Below are positions 1 to 10,827 of a stretch of 64,000 nucleotides of DNA, piece by piece. The stretch's first letter is position 1, and each line of letters opens with the position of its first letter. The DNA comes from an uncultured Gammaproteobacteria bacterium (lineage in GTDB: Bacteria; Pseudomonadota; Gammaproteobacteria; CAWCPV01), in NCBI GenBank assembly GCA_963797555.1, contig CAWCPV010000014.1, positions 416,001 to 480,000 on the forward strand, written 5' to 3'. The notes beneath the pieces are model-generated. The model was given only the letters and a program-made list of their open reading frames with translations, did no database searches and was not told where the DNA came from. Made by a program: the position numbers and the translations under genes.

Positions 1-206
1 CGCGCTGCGAGAGCTCCCACGGGGCCCGTCCTCGTACGCCGGTGTGCCTCGGAGGGGCGCTTCGCTTCGACTGGCGGCTGTGCATTGGAGTGGGCCAGTA
101 TCGACGCCCCGGTATGCATACGCGGCCGAGCGGACCGGCAGGCATCACGGCCCATGGCCTGAAACCCTTTGCAGGCAGTTACTACGCTACGAACGGAGGA
201 GACAGC

Positions 207-686
207 ATGAAGAGTAGCCGGCGTGTCGCATTTCTGGCTTCGCTTCTCGGCCTCACTTTGACCGCTGGTGCATGGTCGGCGCAGGCCATAGACCCCAACG
301 ACCTCGGCTTGGTCAAGGGCGGCGTGTTCGACACGCCGTCACCGAAACCCTTCACATACAACGAAGCCTCTCCTGGTCAGGCTGCTCCGCTGCCGCGGGC
401 CTACAGGGGAGCACCGCCGCAGATTCCCCACGACATCCAGGCATTCCTTCCGATCACGGCCAAGAGCAATGCTTGCCTGAGCTGCCATGACCAGCCCGCC
501 CTGCGCGGCAAGAAGGCGCCCGGCGTCGCGACCCCCATGCCGGTAAGTCATTATCTGGGCGTCCGAACGCAGTCACACGAGGTCGAGAAGCACGTGGACG
601 GCAGCCGCTTTCTTTGCGGCCAATGTCACGCAGCGCAAGCAAAGGTCGAGCCGCTGGTTCCGAACACTTTCGCCGGCGGGCAGTGA
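207..686 (+). CDS. napB: Periplasmic nitrate reductase diheme cytochrome c subunit
   Basis: Signal peptide, APPQIPH motif, two CxxCH motifs (CLSCH, CGQCH), GGAGGA RBS before ATG 207. Confidence 0.85.
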   Translation: MKSSRRVAFLASLLGLTLTAGAWSAQAIDPNDLGLVKGGVFDTPSPKPFTYNEASPGQAAPLPRAYRGAPPQIPHDIQAFLPITAKSNACLSCHDQPALRGKKAPGVATPMPVSHYLGVRTQSHEVEKHVDGSRFLCGQCHAAQAKVEPLVPNTFAGGQ

Positions 687-916
687 GTCGGGCCACATGC
701 GTCCGGAAAGGCACGCCTTCCTGGGCGGCAGCTTCCTGGCGCGGGACGGCCCCAACCGGCGCGCCCACACGCAGCGGACAGGGGGGCCGGTATCAGCCGA
801 GGTCGACCAGGGGGCCCTGGCCGGCCCGAGGCCGCCGGGCCAGCGCCCTCAAGGCAGTTTCCCCCCCGGCCGGGCCTCTGGCATCGGATCGCGTGGCCTG
901 CCAAGTATTGAATCAT

Positions 917-1056
917 CCTAAAAACCGCAGTTGGACCGTATGTATCTGATTTATCAAGAACTGCTCCAACTGCTCCGCATCTAGCGTTTTCGCGCTGGAA
1001 GCCGCGCCAACATAAGGCTTTCAGCTCAATTTCGAAGAACAACTGCGTCTTTTAGG
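917..1056. mobile_element. 140-bp MITE, IS1380-like ends
   Basis: Terminal IRs CCTAAAAACCGCAGTTG / CCTAAAAGACGCAGTTG (rc); ATCAT directly repeated at 912-916 and 1057-1061; AT-rich interior. Confidence 0.75.
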
Positions 1057-1057
1057 A

Positions 1058-1555
1058 TCATCGGGTCAGCATGCTCTGGCGCCGATACGCCAGGTAGTCG
1101 CCCCGGCGGACGCGAGGCCGGAAACGAATCGGCCGGTTATAAACGTATACCCAGCCGGACACTGCCCGCGCTGCCGGCAGCAGATAGACGACAGTGCGCC
1201 GACGCAGGAATTCGCTTGCGCCAGGCTGTGTCGGACGATACCCCTCATAAGAGTCCAGTGCGGCCAATGCGCGCGTCGGGCGCAGGAGCCGATAGACTAT
1301 CCCATAGACCTTGGACAAAGCGCGCCGCGTGCACGGCATGCCTGGGTAGTCACCCATATCGAACAGCTCTCCGTAAGCGAAAGCGGGCCCCACCCGCATG
1401 CAGCAGGAGGCAAGAACCCGGTCGCTGCGGCGGTCGCCGGTCCCGCTTATAAGCGTTCCGTAGGCGAACAAATATTGGGGCCCCACGAAGGGCATCAGAG
1501 CATGGCGGGACCCGGCCGCGAGCAAGAGCGTATCAGAACCTGCGTTCTTGGCCAC
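1058..1555 (-). CDS. Gamma-glutamylcyclotransferase (AIG2-like) family protein
   Basis: LFAYGTL, LDSYEG, WVYVYN motifs; start uncertain. Confidence 0.8.
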   Translation of the reverse strand: MAKNAGSDTLLLAAGSRHALMPFVGPQYLFAYGTLISGTGDRRSDRVLASCCMRVGPAFAYGELFDMGDYPGMPCTRRALSKVYGIVYRLLRPTRALAALDSYEGYRPTQPGASEFLRRRTVVYLLPAARAVSGWVYVYNRPIRFRPRVRRGDYLAYRRQSMLTR

Positions 1556-2018
1556 GAAGCAGATCGGGGCGCAGCATCCACACCAGGGTCCAGCGAGAAG
1601 CCACTTCCGTCTTTTCCAGACACACCGCCGTCCCCGTGGAGAAAGCCGCGATGTCCGCGTCGTCTCGACCCGTCACCAACCGCGACAACAGCGCTCCAAG
1701 CAGAGGCATGTGGCCGACCACCAACTTGTCCTGACCCCATCCCGCAACCTGCCGAAACAATGGCTCCACTGGATCGAGGGGGTTCAGGCCCTGCAGCAGT
1801 TGCACCTCCCGCCCGGGTGACACCACAGCAGCCAGTAGCTTCGCCGTCTGGCTCGCCCGCGTCTTGCCGCTGTGCACCACGCAACTCACCTGGATGGCGC
1901 ACGCACGCAGCAAGTCCGCCAAGCGCACCACATGCTGCCGCCCCTGGTCACTCAGCGGTCGGTCTGCGTCGATCTCCTCGGGCAGTGCCTCCCCGTGCTG
2001 CACCAAATAGAGCTTCAC
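1533..2018 (-). CDS. sixA: Phosphohistidine phosphatase
   Basis: KLYLVQHGEA, RPLS, HSGKTRA.QTA, VVGHMP motifs; GTG start. Confidence 0.9.
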   Translation of the reverse strand: MKLYLVQHGEALPEEIDADRPLSDQGRQHVVRLADLLRACAIQVSCVVHSGKTRASQTAKLLAAVVSPGREVQLLQGLNPLDPVEPLFRQVAGWGQDKLVVGHMPLLGALLSRLVTGRDDADIAAFSTGTAVCLEKTEVASRWTLVWMLRPDLLRGQERRF

Positions 2019-2379
2019 GATTCCTTCCTGCGGGAAGCTCCCGCGGTTGGCACCGGTCCAGCCGCAGTGCCGTGGCTCCCCGTACTCGAGGGCATCTGGT
2101 CGCCTGTTACCTAGGCAGGTTGCGGACGGCCTCAGCGCTCGGGCGGCAGCAGCCGGTCGCGGGACGCTCCGTCCCCAGAAGAAAGCGGGCGCACCAAGAG
2201 CCCTGCAGACGCAGCCAAGACGTTCTGGGCGGACCGAAAAGCGGGGCGAACTCGCCACAGGCCGCTGCGGCGCCACGAGGCGGAGCTTCACCTCGTCCAA
2301 GTGCAACCAGGCGGCCGGGCTCCCAGCCCTCATGCCCTCAGCCGACGGTAAACCCACGGTCATATGCCTTGATTGTCCG

Positions 2380-3513
2380 CTACTTGAGCTGCTCGTACAG
2401 CACACCGAGGATACTGTCCGCGGTCTTGCTGTTGTCCTCGTTCCCGGCCTTGTCCAGCACGGATACCCGCGTCGTGTCCTGGTCGCCGCGCAACCTTATC
2501 AAGTACTCGTCGCTCTTCGTGCCGTTGCCACGCTGCCAGAACGCCAGCTTCGACAGGAATCCCTTCTTCTCCCCCTGGCCGGGCCCCTTATAGCGCACGT
2601 AATACAGACCCCTGGAGCGATCCCGGTCCTCGAGAGTGAATCCGGCGCGATCCAGGGCCACACCCGTCCGACGCCACGCGCGCGAGAAGTCCTCGCTGAG
2701 CGTGATGAAAACGCGCCCACCGCTTTCCCGTGTCAGCCGCGCGCGCTGCTGCTGACTCTTCCCTTCCGCCAGCAGGGAGCGGGCTTTCTGCTCCTGCACA
2801 CCGAGGAACACCATCAGGCGTTGCAGCATCTCCGCCTCCAGTTCCGGATCGCTAGGGCGGGCTTGCCATAATGTACTGTCCCCCTGGACGACCTCTTCCA
2901 TGCCGCGGTGGCTCAGGTACAGCTCCGTCGTCCCGGGTGTCTTGCCTCGTTCCAGACGCACCCGGTACTTGTCACGGGTCGCGGCCGAATATACCTGTTC
3001 CAAGACCTTGCCCAGGAGCTTGCGCATGTAGCCCTGAGGGATATCGGCACGGTTTTCGGCCCAGTCCGTCTCCATGATCCCTATGGCTGGGTTCTCGACC
3101 TTGATGGTCAACCCGTTCTTGACGAAAAACTCCCGCACTTCCGGCCAGACCACGTCCGGCGGCTGGGGAATGAGCAGCCAACGCAGGTCGCCTTCGTGCT
3201 CGACCCGGATGCCGGCCATCTGTGAGGGAGCTGTCGCCGGCCGCGGGCCCTGCTCGCCGCGGGGCTGCTCCTTGAACTGCGAATAGGTGGCACCGCCTTT
3301 CGCCGCAGCTTCGGGTATGAGCGTTCCGGTGTCCTCCGGGGGGGAAGCAAGGTCCGGCGGCACTTCCAACGGCGGTAGGGAACGGGCGCTCTTGTACTCC
3401 ACCTGCTTGTCGCCCACGACCTGGTCTATGTTGCGGATCGCGCTGCACCCTGCGATACCCCCGAGGACGTGGCACGCGGCAAGCAAGAAGAAAAAATGCC
3501 TCATCTTTCCCAT
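2380..3513 (-). CDS. bamC: Outer membrane protein assembly lipoprotein BamC/NlpB
   Basis: Lipobox [30 protein letters not shown]; directly downstream of dapA as is usual. Confidence 0.9.
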   Translation of the reverse strand: MGKMRHFFFLLAACHVLGGIAGCSAIRNIDQVVGDKQVEYKSARSLPPLEVPPDLASPPEDTGTLIPEAAAKGGATYSQFKEQPRGEQGPRPATAPSQMAGIRVEHEGDLRWLLIPQPPDVVWPEVREFFVKNGLTIKVENPAIGIMETDWAENRADIPQGYMRKLLGKVLEQVYSAATRDKYRVRLERGKTPGTTELYLSHRGMEEVVQGDSTLWQARPSDPELEAEMLQRLMVFLGVQEQKARSLLAEGKSQQQRARLTRESGGRVFITLSEDFSRAWRRTGVALDRAGFTLEDRDRSRGLYYVRYKGPGQGEKKGFLSKLAFWQRGNGTKSDEYLIRLRGDQDTTRVSVLDKAGNEDNSKTADSILGVLYEQLK

Positions 3514-3521
3514 GACGGTAA

Positions 3522-4410
3522 TCAACCCTCGAACTTGGTAACCCGCGCTTGGCGCATGGCATCCCTGACAGCCTCGTGGTGCCAGGCTGAGAGTGGGGTC
3601 AACGGCAGGCGGATTCCCGGCGGAATGAGCCCCATCTCGTACAAGGCCCACTTGACCGGAATGGGGTTCGACTCGACGAATAGCGTTCGGTGCAATGCCT
3701 CCAATGAGGCGTTTATCTCCTGCGCACGCTCGCGTTCGCCGCGCACTGCGGCCGCGCACATGTCCCGCATGGCGTGTGGAGCAACATTGGCGGTGACCGA
3801 AATCACCCCCCTGCCCCCCGCCAACATGAGATCCAGGGCGGTGGCGTCGTCCCCGCTGTAGACGTTCGAGCCGATCGCCACAGCGCTCCATGATCTGCCG
3901 GGCACGATCCACGTTGCCCGTAGCCTCCTTGATACCGACGATGTTGGGGATGGCCGCCAAGCGCTCCACGGTTTCCGGCTGCAAGTCGCAGGCGGTGCGT
4001 CCGGGAACGTTATAGAGGATTTGGGGTATCGGAACGGTCTCGGCGATCGCCTTGTAGTGCTGGTAAAGCCCCTCCTGCGTGGGCCTGTTGTAGTAGGGCA
4101 CCACCAGTAGGCAGGCGTCCGCCCCCGCACGCATTGCGCACCGGGTCAAGCGGATGGCCTCAGCGGTAGCGTTGGAGCCAGTCCCGGCGATGACGGGAAG
4201 CCGTCCATCCGCCAGTTGCACTACCCGGCGGATGATCTCGCAATGCTCGTGCTCATCCACTGTAGGCGACTCGCCGGTGGTGCCCACCACCACCAGGGCG
4301 TCTGTGCCATTGGCGACATGAAACTCGACGAGCCCTTGCAGGGCGATGTAGTCGAGGGCCCCGTCCGCCCGCATCGGGGTGACCAGGGCGACCATACTTC
4401 CGTGAAACAT
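3522..4410 (-). CDS. dapA: 4-hydroxy-tetrahydrodipicolinate synthase (apparent frameshift near 3865)
   Basis: GTTGES, YNVPGRT, GIKEATG in one frame; YSGDD, NPIPVK in the adjacent frame. Confidence 0.92.
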
Positions 4411-4624
4411 AGCGCCTCTAAACTCCAAAAAAACGTCGTTGAATGTCACCTGCCAGTAGGAAACGCATCGACGCAAGCCCTGGCCTGTTATCTGTTGGGG
4501 TCGTCCATAAGGAGCCCGATTCTACGCCATCCTCAGTCGGCCGGGGAACGTTGCCCCGGCGGTTACAACGTTACAGCCTCGACCCGAGTTCAAGCGGGCC
4601 GCGTCATCCTCTCGTCCACGCCGG

Positions 4625-5422
4625 CTAGACGGGAACCTCGACAGCGGGAAGCCGGAATAGGCTCAAGTAGTTGTGCGTGGTCGCCGCACCGAGATCCTGC
4701 ACCGTCAAGCCCCTCAGCTCAGCCAAGTGCTCGGCGACGTGGCGCAAGTAGGCGGGCTGGTTTGTCCTGCCCCGATGCGGGACCGGGGCCAGATAGGGTG
4801 AATCGGTCTCCACCAGCATGCGCTCCAACGGCACACGTCGCGCCACGTCTCTGATGTCTTCGGCCTTGTTGAACGTCAGAATTCCGGAAAAGGAGATGCA
4901 GAACCCGAGATCCATGGCCTGCTGCGCGCTCGCCCAGTCCTCAGTGAAGCAATGCATCACACCCCCAATCTCCTGGGCGCGTTCCTCCCGCAGGATGCGC
5001 AACGTATCCGCACAAGCCTGGCGGGTGTGCACGATGAGCGGCTTTCCCGCAAGGCGGGCCGCGCGGATGTGGCGCCGAAAACGTTCCTGCTGGAGTTCGG
5101 GCTCGATACCGTGACGGTAATAATCCAGTCCCGTCTCCCCGAGCGCCACGACCTCAGGAGTGGCGGCCAGAGCGGCGAGCTGCTCGACCGAGGGTTCCAT
5201 GTGGCTGCGCACGTTAGGGTGCGCGCCGACCGAAGCCGCGACGCTCGGGTAACGACGCGCCAGCGCGACCACTTCGGGAAAGGTCTCCAGGTCCACCGAC
5301 ACGCACAGCATATGCGCGACACCTGCAGCACGAGCACACTCGACCACCCCGTCCACATCGGTGTCCAGGGCGTTCCAATCGAGCAGGTTTAGGTGACAGT
5401 GAGAATCGCTCAGCACGAGCAT
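4625..5422 (-). CDS. TatD family hydrolase
   Basis: DSHCHL, GETGLDY, HCFT, ETDSPYLAPVP. Confidence 0.92.
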   Translation of the reverse strand: MLVLSDSHCHLNLLDWNALDTDVDGVVECARAAGVAHMLCVSVDLETFPEVVALARRYPSVAASVGAHPNVRSHMEPSVEQLAALAATPEVVALGETGLDYYRHGIEPELQQERFRRHIRAARLAGKPLIVHTRQACADTLRILREERAQEIGGVMHCFTEDWASAQQAMDLGFCISFSGILTFNKAEDIRDVARRVPLERMLVETDSPYLAPVPHRGRTNQPAYLRHVAEHLAELRGLTVQDLGAATTHNYLSLFRLPAVEVPV

Positions 5423-5479
5423 CACAACATGTGGAGACCTAGTGACCACCCGTCGGACTGAACGCGGGTAGGAAGGCGG

Positions 5480-5839
5480 TTACATGGTGTAAGTCACGCG
5501 GTCCGACTGTAGCAAACCAGCGAGGTAGGTCTCAATCTTGTTGCGGGCGTGCCCCTTGTCAATATCGCTAAACTGGACTCCGACCCCGGGCACACGGTTC
5601 CCCTGGGCCCCGGGCGGCGTCACCCACACGACACGTCCGGCGACCGGCAGCTTTTCCGGCTCATCCATGAAAGTCAACACCATGAAGATATCGTCGCCCA
5701 GGCTGTAGGACTTGGTGGTCGGAATGAACAAGCCGCCGTTCTTGAGGTACGGCATGTAGGCAGCATACAGATCGTTCTTGCTCTTGATATTGAGGGACAA
5801 AATGCCCTGCCTCGGAGTAGTCGGATGGTCTGGCGGCAC
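5480..5839 (-). CDS. pilZ: Type IV pilus assembly protein PilZ
   Basis: LYAAYMP..KNGGLFIPT; holB-pilZ-tatD synteny. Confidence 0.92.
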   Translation of the reverse strand: MPPDHPTTPRQGILSLNIKSKNDLYAAYMPYLKNGGLFIPTTKSYSLGDDIFMVLTFMDEPEKLPVAGRVVWVTPPGAQGNRVPGVGVQFSDIDKGHARNKIETYLAGLLQSDRVTYTM

Positions 5840-5853
5840 GGCTCAGGCCTCAC

Positions 5854-6852
5854 TCATGTCCGTTTGTGCATGCCCGCCCAGTCCACCAGCAGGTCTTCCA
5901 AGAGTAACTGACCGTTGACGTTGGCACGACTGAGGACCACCTCCAGTGCGCGCGTAACTCGCTCCCGCCGGGCGTGCAACACCTCCGTTGGTAGAGCGCC
6001 ACCGATGTCTCGCAATGGCTCCCTGAGATCCGGGTTCTCCAGCCGCGGCGGCTGAGCCACAAACGTCAAGCGTATCATATCGCGAACCCACGCCGCCATC
6101 CAGCGCAGCGCCACCTCAACGCCCACGCTGGTCCACTCCTTGCTGACGGCACACGGATCGTCGCCGCCCCGAACGACCTCGTGGAACCGGGAGAACAACG
6201 CCAAGCGCTGTTTAGCGGCGCCCGTCCGCGCCAGCTCCAGGGCGGCGAGGGGAGCACCGGCGGTCAGCGCGAGGAGCAGCCCTGCATCGGCCTGCGGAGC
6301 CCGCTCGGATAGCCACGCTTGCGCCGCAGCCCCCGCGTGATGGCCGAACCACAGCCGCTGACAGCGACTGCGCACCGTCGCAGGCAGCCTGCTGGGCTGG
6401 CCGCTAACCAGCACCAGGAACGAACGCGGCGGTGGCTCCTCCAACGTCTTCAGCAGGCTGTTGGCGGCGGCCGCGTTCATCTCGTGGGCGGGTGCAATGA
6501 TCCCCACCTTGTACCCCGCACTCGTCAACGCCATGAAGTTGCAAAGCGCGCGCGCCTGATCGATCCGGATGACCTTACCTGGCTCCTCCGGCGCCACTTC
6601 GCGCATGTCAGGGTGACTGCCGGCACGGTAAGTGAGGCAGGATGAGCATTCCTGGCACGGCTCCCCGTGCGGCGCGGGATGTGCGCAACACAAGGACTGC
6701 CCGAGCAGTTTGGCAAAATGAAGCTTTCCCATGCCTGGTGGACCGTGAAACAGCAACGCATGGGGCAGTCTTCCGCTGCCATGCCAGTCCATCACGGATC
6801 GCCATTGTGGTGCATGCCACGGCAATAGGCCGGGGGGTAGCGGCTCAGCCAT
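5854..6852 (-). CDS. holB: DNA polymerase III delta' subunit
   Basis: HALLFHGPPGMGK, zinc-binding cysteines, AANSLLKTLEEP, TVRSRC. Confidence 0.95.
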   Translation of the reverse strand: MAEPLPPGLLPWHAPQWRSVMDWHGSGRLPHALLFHGPPGMGKLHFAKLLGQSLCCAHPAPHGEPCQECSSCLTYRAGSHPDMREVAPEEPGKVIRIDQARALCNFMALTSAGYKVGIIAPAHEMNAAAANSLLKTLEEPPPRSFLVLVSGQPSRLPATVRSRCQRLWFGHHAGAAAQAWLSERAPQADAGLLLALTAGAPLAALELARTGAAKQRLALFSRFHEVVRGGDDPCAVSKEWTSVGVEVALRWMAAWVRDMIRLTFVAQPPRLENPDLREPLRDIGGALPTEVLHARRERVTRALEVVLSRANVNGQLLLEDLLVDWAGMHKRT

Positions 6853-7477
6853 GACTCGTCGAGACAAACTGCTCCAGCACCCGCCCCACCTGGACCTGAA
6901 CCTTCTCCAAAGGGGGAGCCGCATCGACGACCCGGTAGCGTGTCGGCTGTGTGCGCGCAAGGGCCAGATACGTCTCGCGTACACGCTCGAAGAATGCCAC
7001 CTCCTCAACCTCGAAGCGGTCGGCACTGGCGCGTTGACGGGCCCGCGCGAGTCCCAGCGACACGGGGACATCCAAGATCAGCGTCAGATCGGGCCTGAAG
7101 TCTCCTTGCACCCACTCCTCGATCGCCGCCACCCGAGCCAGGGCGACACCACGGCCCCCCCCTTGGTAGGCATAGGTCGCGTCCGTGAATCGGTCCGACA
7201 CCACCCAGACCCCGTCCCGCAGGGCCGGACGAATGACCTCTTGCAGGTGAGCCGCGCGGGCCGCAAACATCAGCAAAAGCTCGGTATCGAGGTTCATCGT
7301 CTCGGCCCGGTGTTTCAGCAACAGGGTCCGAATCTCCTCGCCCACCGACGTACCCCCCGGCTCGCGGGTCATGCGTACCGGCAGTCCCATGGCACCGAGA
7401 AAACGACGCAGGGTCGGTAGGATACTCGTCTTACCCGCACCTTCGATGCCCTCGACGGTGATCAGTCGTCCCCTCAT
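6845..7477 (-). CDS. tmk: Thymidylate kinase
   Basis: EGIEGAGKT, TREPGG, DRFTDATYAYQG. Confidence 0.96.
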   Translation of the reverse strand: MRGRLITVEGIEGAGKTSILPTLRRFLGAMGLPVRMTREPGGTSVGEEIRTLLLKHRAETMNLDTELLLMFAARAAHLQEVIRPALRDGVWVVSDRFTDATYAYQGGGRGVALARVAAIEEWVQGDFRPDLTLILDVPVSLGLARARQRASADRFEVEEVAFFERVRETYLALARTQPTRYRVVDAAPPLEKVQVQVGRVLEQFVSTSHG

Positions 7478-8482
7478 TGAGCCCCACTGTCCTTCCAAAG
7501 TTGATAGCGGCGCACGGCCTGGTTGTGCTGCTCGAGGGTCTCCGAGAACTCGTGACTGCCGTCCCCACGCGCAACGAAATACATGGCCTTGCCCTCCCCA
7601 GGATGCAGCACGCCGCGTAATGCCGCGACGCCCGGCATCGCGATGGGCGTTGGGGGCAGTCCCTGGTGGACGTAGGTATTGTAGGGGGTCTCCGCCCGAA
7701 GATCTCCACGCCTGAGACTGCCGTCGAATCGCCCGTCTAGGCCGTAGATTACCGTCGGGTCGGCCTGCAGGGGGATACCGCGCTTGAGTCGTCGGACGAA
7801 CACCCCAGCCACCCTCTCCCGTTCACTCGGACGCGCGGCCTCCCGCTCTACGATCGAGGCCAGAATCAGAGCCTGGTAAGGGGTCTTGTAGGGCAGCCCG
7901 GATTCGCGCCTCGCCCACTGCGTTGCCAGGCACCGTTCCATGGCGTCAAAGGCGCGGCCTAGCACGGCGATGTCTTTCGTTCCGCGGGTAACGAAGTAGC
8001 TGTTCGGTATGAACCGACCCTCGGACAGCAAACCGGGGTGTCCCAGGCGGACCATCACCGCCGCCCCATCCAGCCGGCCCAGGGTGTGCTCCAGATAGTC
8101 TGCACTCTGCAATGCGTGCAACAACTGCCCGAAGGTCCAGCCCTCGACCAGGGTGAAAGCATGCTGCATTACCTTTCCGTATGAAACGCTCCAGCAGATC
8201 CAACGCGGTGGTACCGGGTGCGAACTCGTACTCTCCTGCTTGTATCCGAGTGTCTATCCCGCGCAGCCGCGCGAGCAAGATCCAGTAGCGCGGGCGCGTC
8301 ACCACCCCGCGCTGCGCCAAGTCGTGGGCCACTGCCGACAGGCTCCTGCCCGCAGGGATGACATAGGGCATCGGCCCGGAGAGCCGCACGGGCGCGTTGG
8401 CGAAGTCCCAGAGGTCCAATGCCATCAGCACCACTGCCAGGACGAGCACCAAGCCAGCCAGGGCCGCGAAACGTAGTCGCAT
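7474..8482 (-). CDS. mltG: Endolytic transglycosylase (apparent frameshift near 8170)
   Basis: N-terminal TM and IQAGEY in one frame; LASIVERE, LQADPTVIYG, PYNTY, GLPPTPIA in another. Confidence 0.92.
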
Positions 8483-8514
8483 CCATCAAGCCTTCGGCGG
8501 CGACGGCCGCAAGT

Positions 8515-9375
8515 TTATAGCAAGCCTGCCGCGCCGAGAGACGCCGCCAGGTAGGTCGTGACCGCCGACGTGAGGTGCCGCACCTGCTCCACTTGGCGAA
8601 CCGGCCAGATTCCGATAACACTGCTGCACAGAAAGACTTCGTCCGCACTTTGAACATCCTCCACGCTCAGCGCACATACCCGCACCTCTAGGCCAAAGCA
8701 CGGCGCGTGCTCCAAGATCAGGCCGCGCATGACGCCGGCCACGCCCGACCGCGATACATCGGGGGTGAGCAGGCGGTCCTCCCGGACGATGAACAAGTTG
8801 GTCTGGGTGGCCTCGATGACTCGACCGTCGCCGTCCAGCATGAGGCCCTCCGGGACGTCCGGGTCCTCCCACTCCGCCCGCGCCAGCACGTGCTCCAGGC
8901 GGTTGAGGTGCTTCAGCCCGCCGAGGCTTGGGGAGGTTCCGATGGGGGTTCGGCAAATCCGTACCTTTACCCCCTCCTCCCGAAACACGCTCGGATAACA
9001 CGGGGGCGGGTACAGCATCAAGATGCGGGTGGTCGCCCCGGGACCCGGGCGATAACCGCGGCCGTCCGCGCCCCGAGTGTAGAGGAGCTTGAGCACCCCC
9101 CGCTCGACACCCGCGCAGAGGCTCAGGGCCTCATCGCACAACACCGTGGGATCTGGAGCAGGCATCCCCAACCGCGCACAGCCCGCCAGTAGCCGCGCCA
9201 AGTGCCGATCCCAGTGACGTGGGGCACCGAGCGCGACGTCCATGGTCTCGAACAGACCGTCCCCGTAATGGAGCCCGCGATCTGCGACGGACACCACAAA
9301 TGTCTCCGTACCATCGACCAGTACCCGTGCAGGCAACGCTGAACGGTCAGATGGTAACCCGGAGTGCGTCCTCAC
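8515..9375 (-). CDS. pabC: Aminodeoxychorismate lyase
   Basis: DRGLHYGDGLFET, GLKHLNRLE, GVAGVMR; start uncertain. Confidence 0.92.
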   Translation of the reverse strand: MRTHSGLPSDRSALPARVLVDGTETFVVSVADRGLHYGDGLFETMDVALGAPRHWDRHLARLLAGCARLGMPAPDPTVLCDEALSLCAGVERGVLKLLYTRGADGRGYRPGPGATTRILMLYPPPCYPSVFREEGVKVRICRTPIGTSPSLGGLKHLNRLEHVLARAEWEDPDVPEGLMLDGDGRVIEATQTNLFIVREDRLLTPDVSRSGVAGVMRGLILEHAPCFGLEVRVCALSVEDVQSADEVFLCSSVIGIWPVRQVEQVRHLTSAVTTYLAASLGAAGLL

Positions 9376-9377
9376 CC

Positions 9378-10740
9378 CTACCGGGCTCCGGCCGGACCCG
9401 ATGGCCGTGCTTGCTCATCAGGAATTTCCAGAGCACGCAGCATTCCTGCGGCCTTTGAGCGCGTCTCCGCCACCTCTTGGTGGCCAACCGAGTCCGCCAC
9501 GATGCCCGCGCCCGCCCGCAAGGACACCCGGCGACCTTCGAGCGTAAGGGTACGGATGAGGATGTTCAGATCCAGGCTGCCATCGCGATTCAGGTAGCCC
9601 ATCGAGCCCGTATAAGCGCGGCGTTCGCAACCTTCCAACTCGGCGATGATCTGCATGCACCGCACCTTGGGGCAACCCGTGATGGTGCCGCCCGGGAACA
9701 CGGCACGAATGACCTGCCCCGGGGTCACCCCGGACCTCAAGCGACCGCGTACGTTGGACACCATATGGTGTACGTGGGCGTAAGACTCCAGTGTCAGGAG
9801 CTCGCTCACGTGGACGGTACCAGGTCTGCTGATGCGCCCGAGATCGTTGCGTTCGAGGTCGACGAGCATGATATGCTCGGCCCGCTCCTTGGGATGCACC
9901 AGGAGCTCGCCGCGCAACATCCGGTCGGTGTCTTGCAAGCGGTGCCGTGGACGCGTCCCGGCGATGGGGCGCGTCTCCACCCAATCGCTGCGCACTCTGA
10001 CCAGGCGCTCAGGAGAGGAACTCAGGATGGTGCATTCTCGCCAGGTCGCCAAGCCGGCAAAGGGCGCCGGGTTGCAGCGCCGCAGCCGCTGGTAAACATC
10101 GCACGCGTTCACGCCTGGCCCCAGGCTTCCCCCCCAGCCGCGGGACAGGTTCACCTGGAACACGTCGCCTGCGCGGATATATCGATGCACCTGCGCCAAG
10201 CCCTCCAGGAAGCGCTCCGGCGGCTCCTCCGCAACCGCCCCAAGGATGCCATCGGGAACGACCGCACTGCACCCCACCTCACTCAGATCCTGTAGCATGC
10301 GCCCGATCCGCTCCTCGGCCGGCTCCTCCGCAACCAGCCACACGCGGTCTCCCACATGGTCTCGGATCATCGCGGCGGGGAAGCGCGTGGCGAACGCTAC
10401 CGGCAGACCCCCCTCTCCCTCCGGAAGGGAAAGGCGCGTCTCGATCTGCGCACTCAGCTCGTACCCCAGGTAGAGGAACCAACCGCCCTCGAAGGGCAAG
10501 ACCCCCTCTCGTTGCAACACCCGGTCGCGCTGCCAAGCGCGATCCAGGTCGTCCAAGAAATCGAAGTCCGACAGCCGCTCCAGCATGAGCGTCTGGCCCG
10601 GGAAGGCAAACAGGATGTCAAAACGGCCATGGGGTCCCGAGGCCGTGCTTTCGAGCAGGTGCGGGTAACGCCAAGGGTGCAGGCGATGCAGTTGCAGCAG
10701 GTCGAGGCTCGAGGATTCCGCTCGCGCGACGCATTGGACT
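9378..10740 (-). CDS. pabB: Aminodeoxychorismate synthase component I
   Basis: GDVFQVNLSR, SSPERL, TRPIAGTRPR, KERAEHIMLVDLERNDLGR; adjacent to pabC; start approximate. Confidence 0.85.
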
Positions 10741-10827
10741 CTGCGTCGTCGGTCTGGACCAACCGCTGAACAGGCACGCACGGACGGCGGTGAATAGTGC
10801 CGACCCCTCGGACCGGCGGCCTCCGCC

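Noticed and set aside
2380-4476. 698-aa DapA-BamC fusion in the ORF track
   Set aside because: Artefact of the dapA frameshift; the DapA C-terminus is in another frame and BamC has its own signal peptide.
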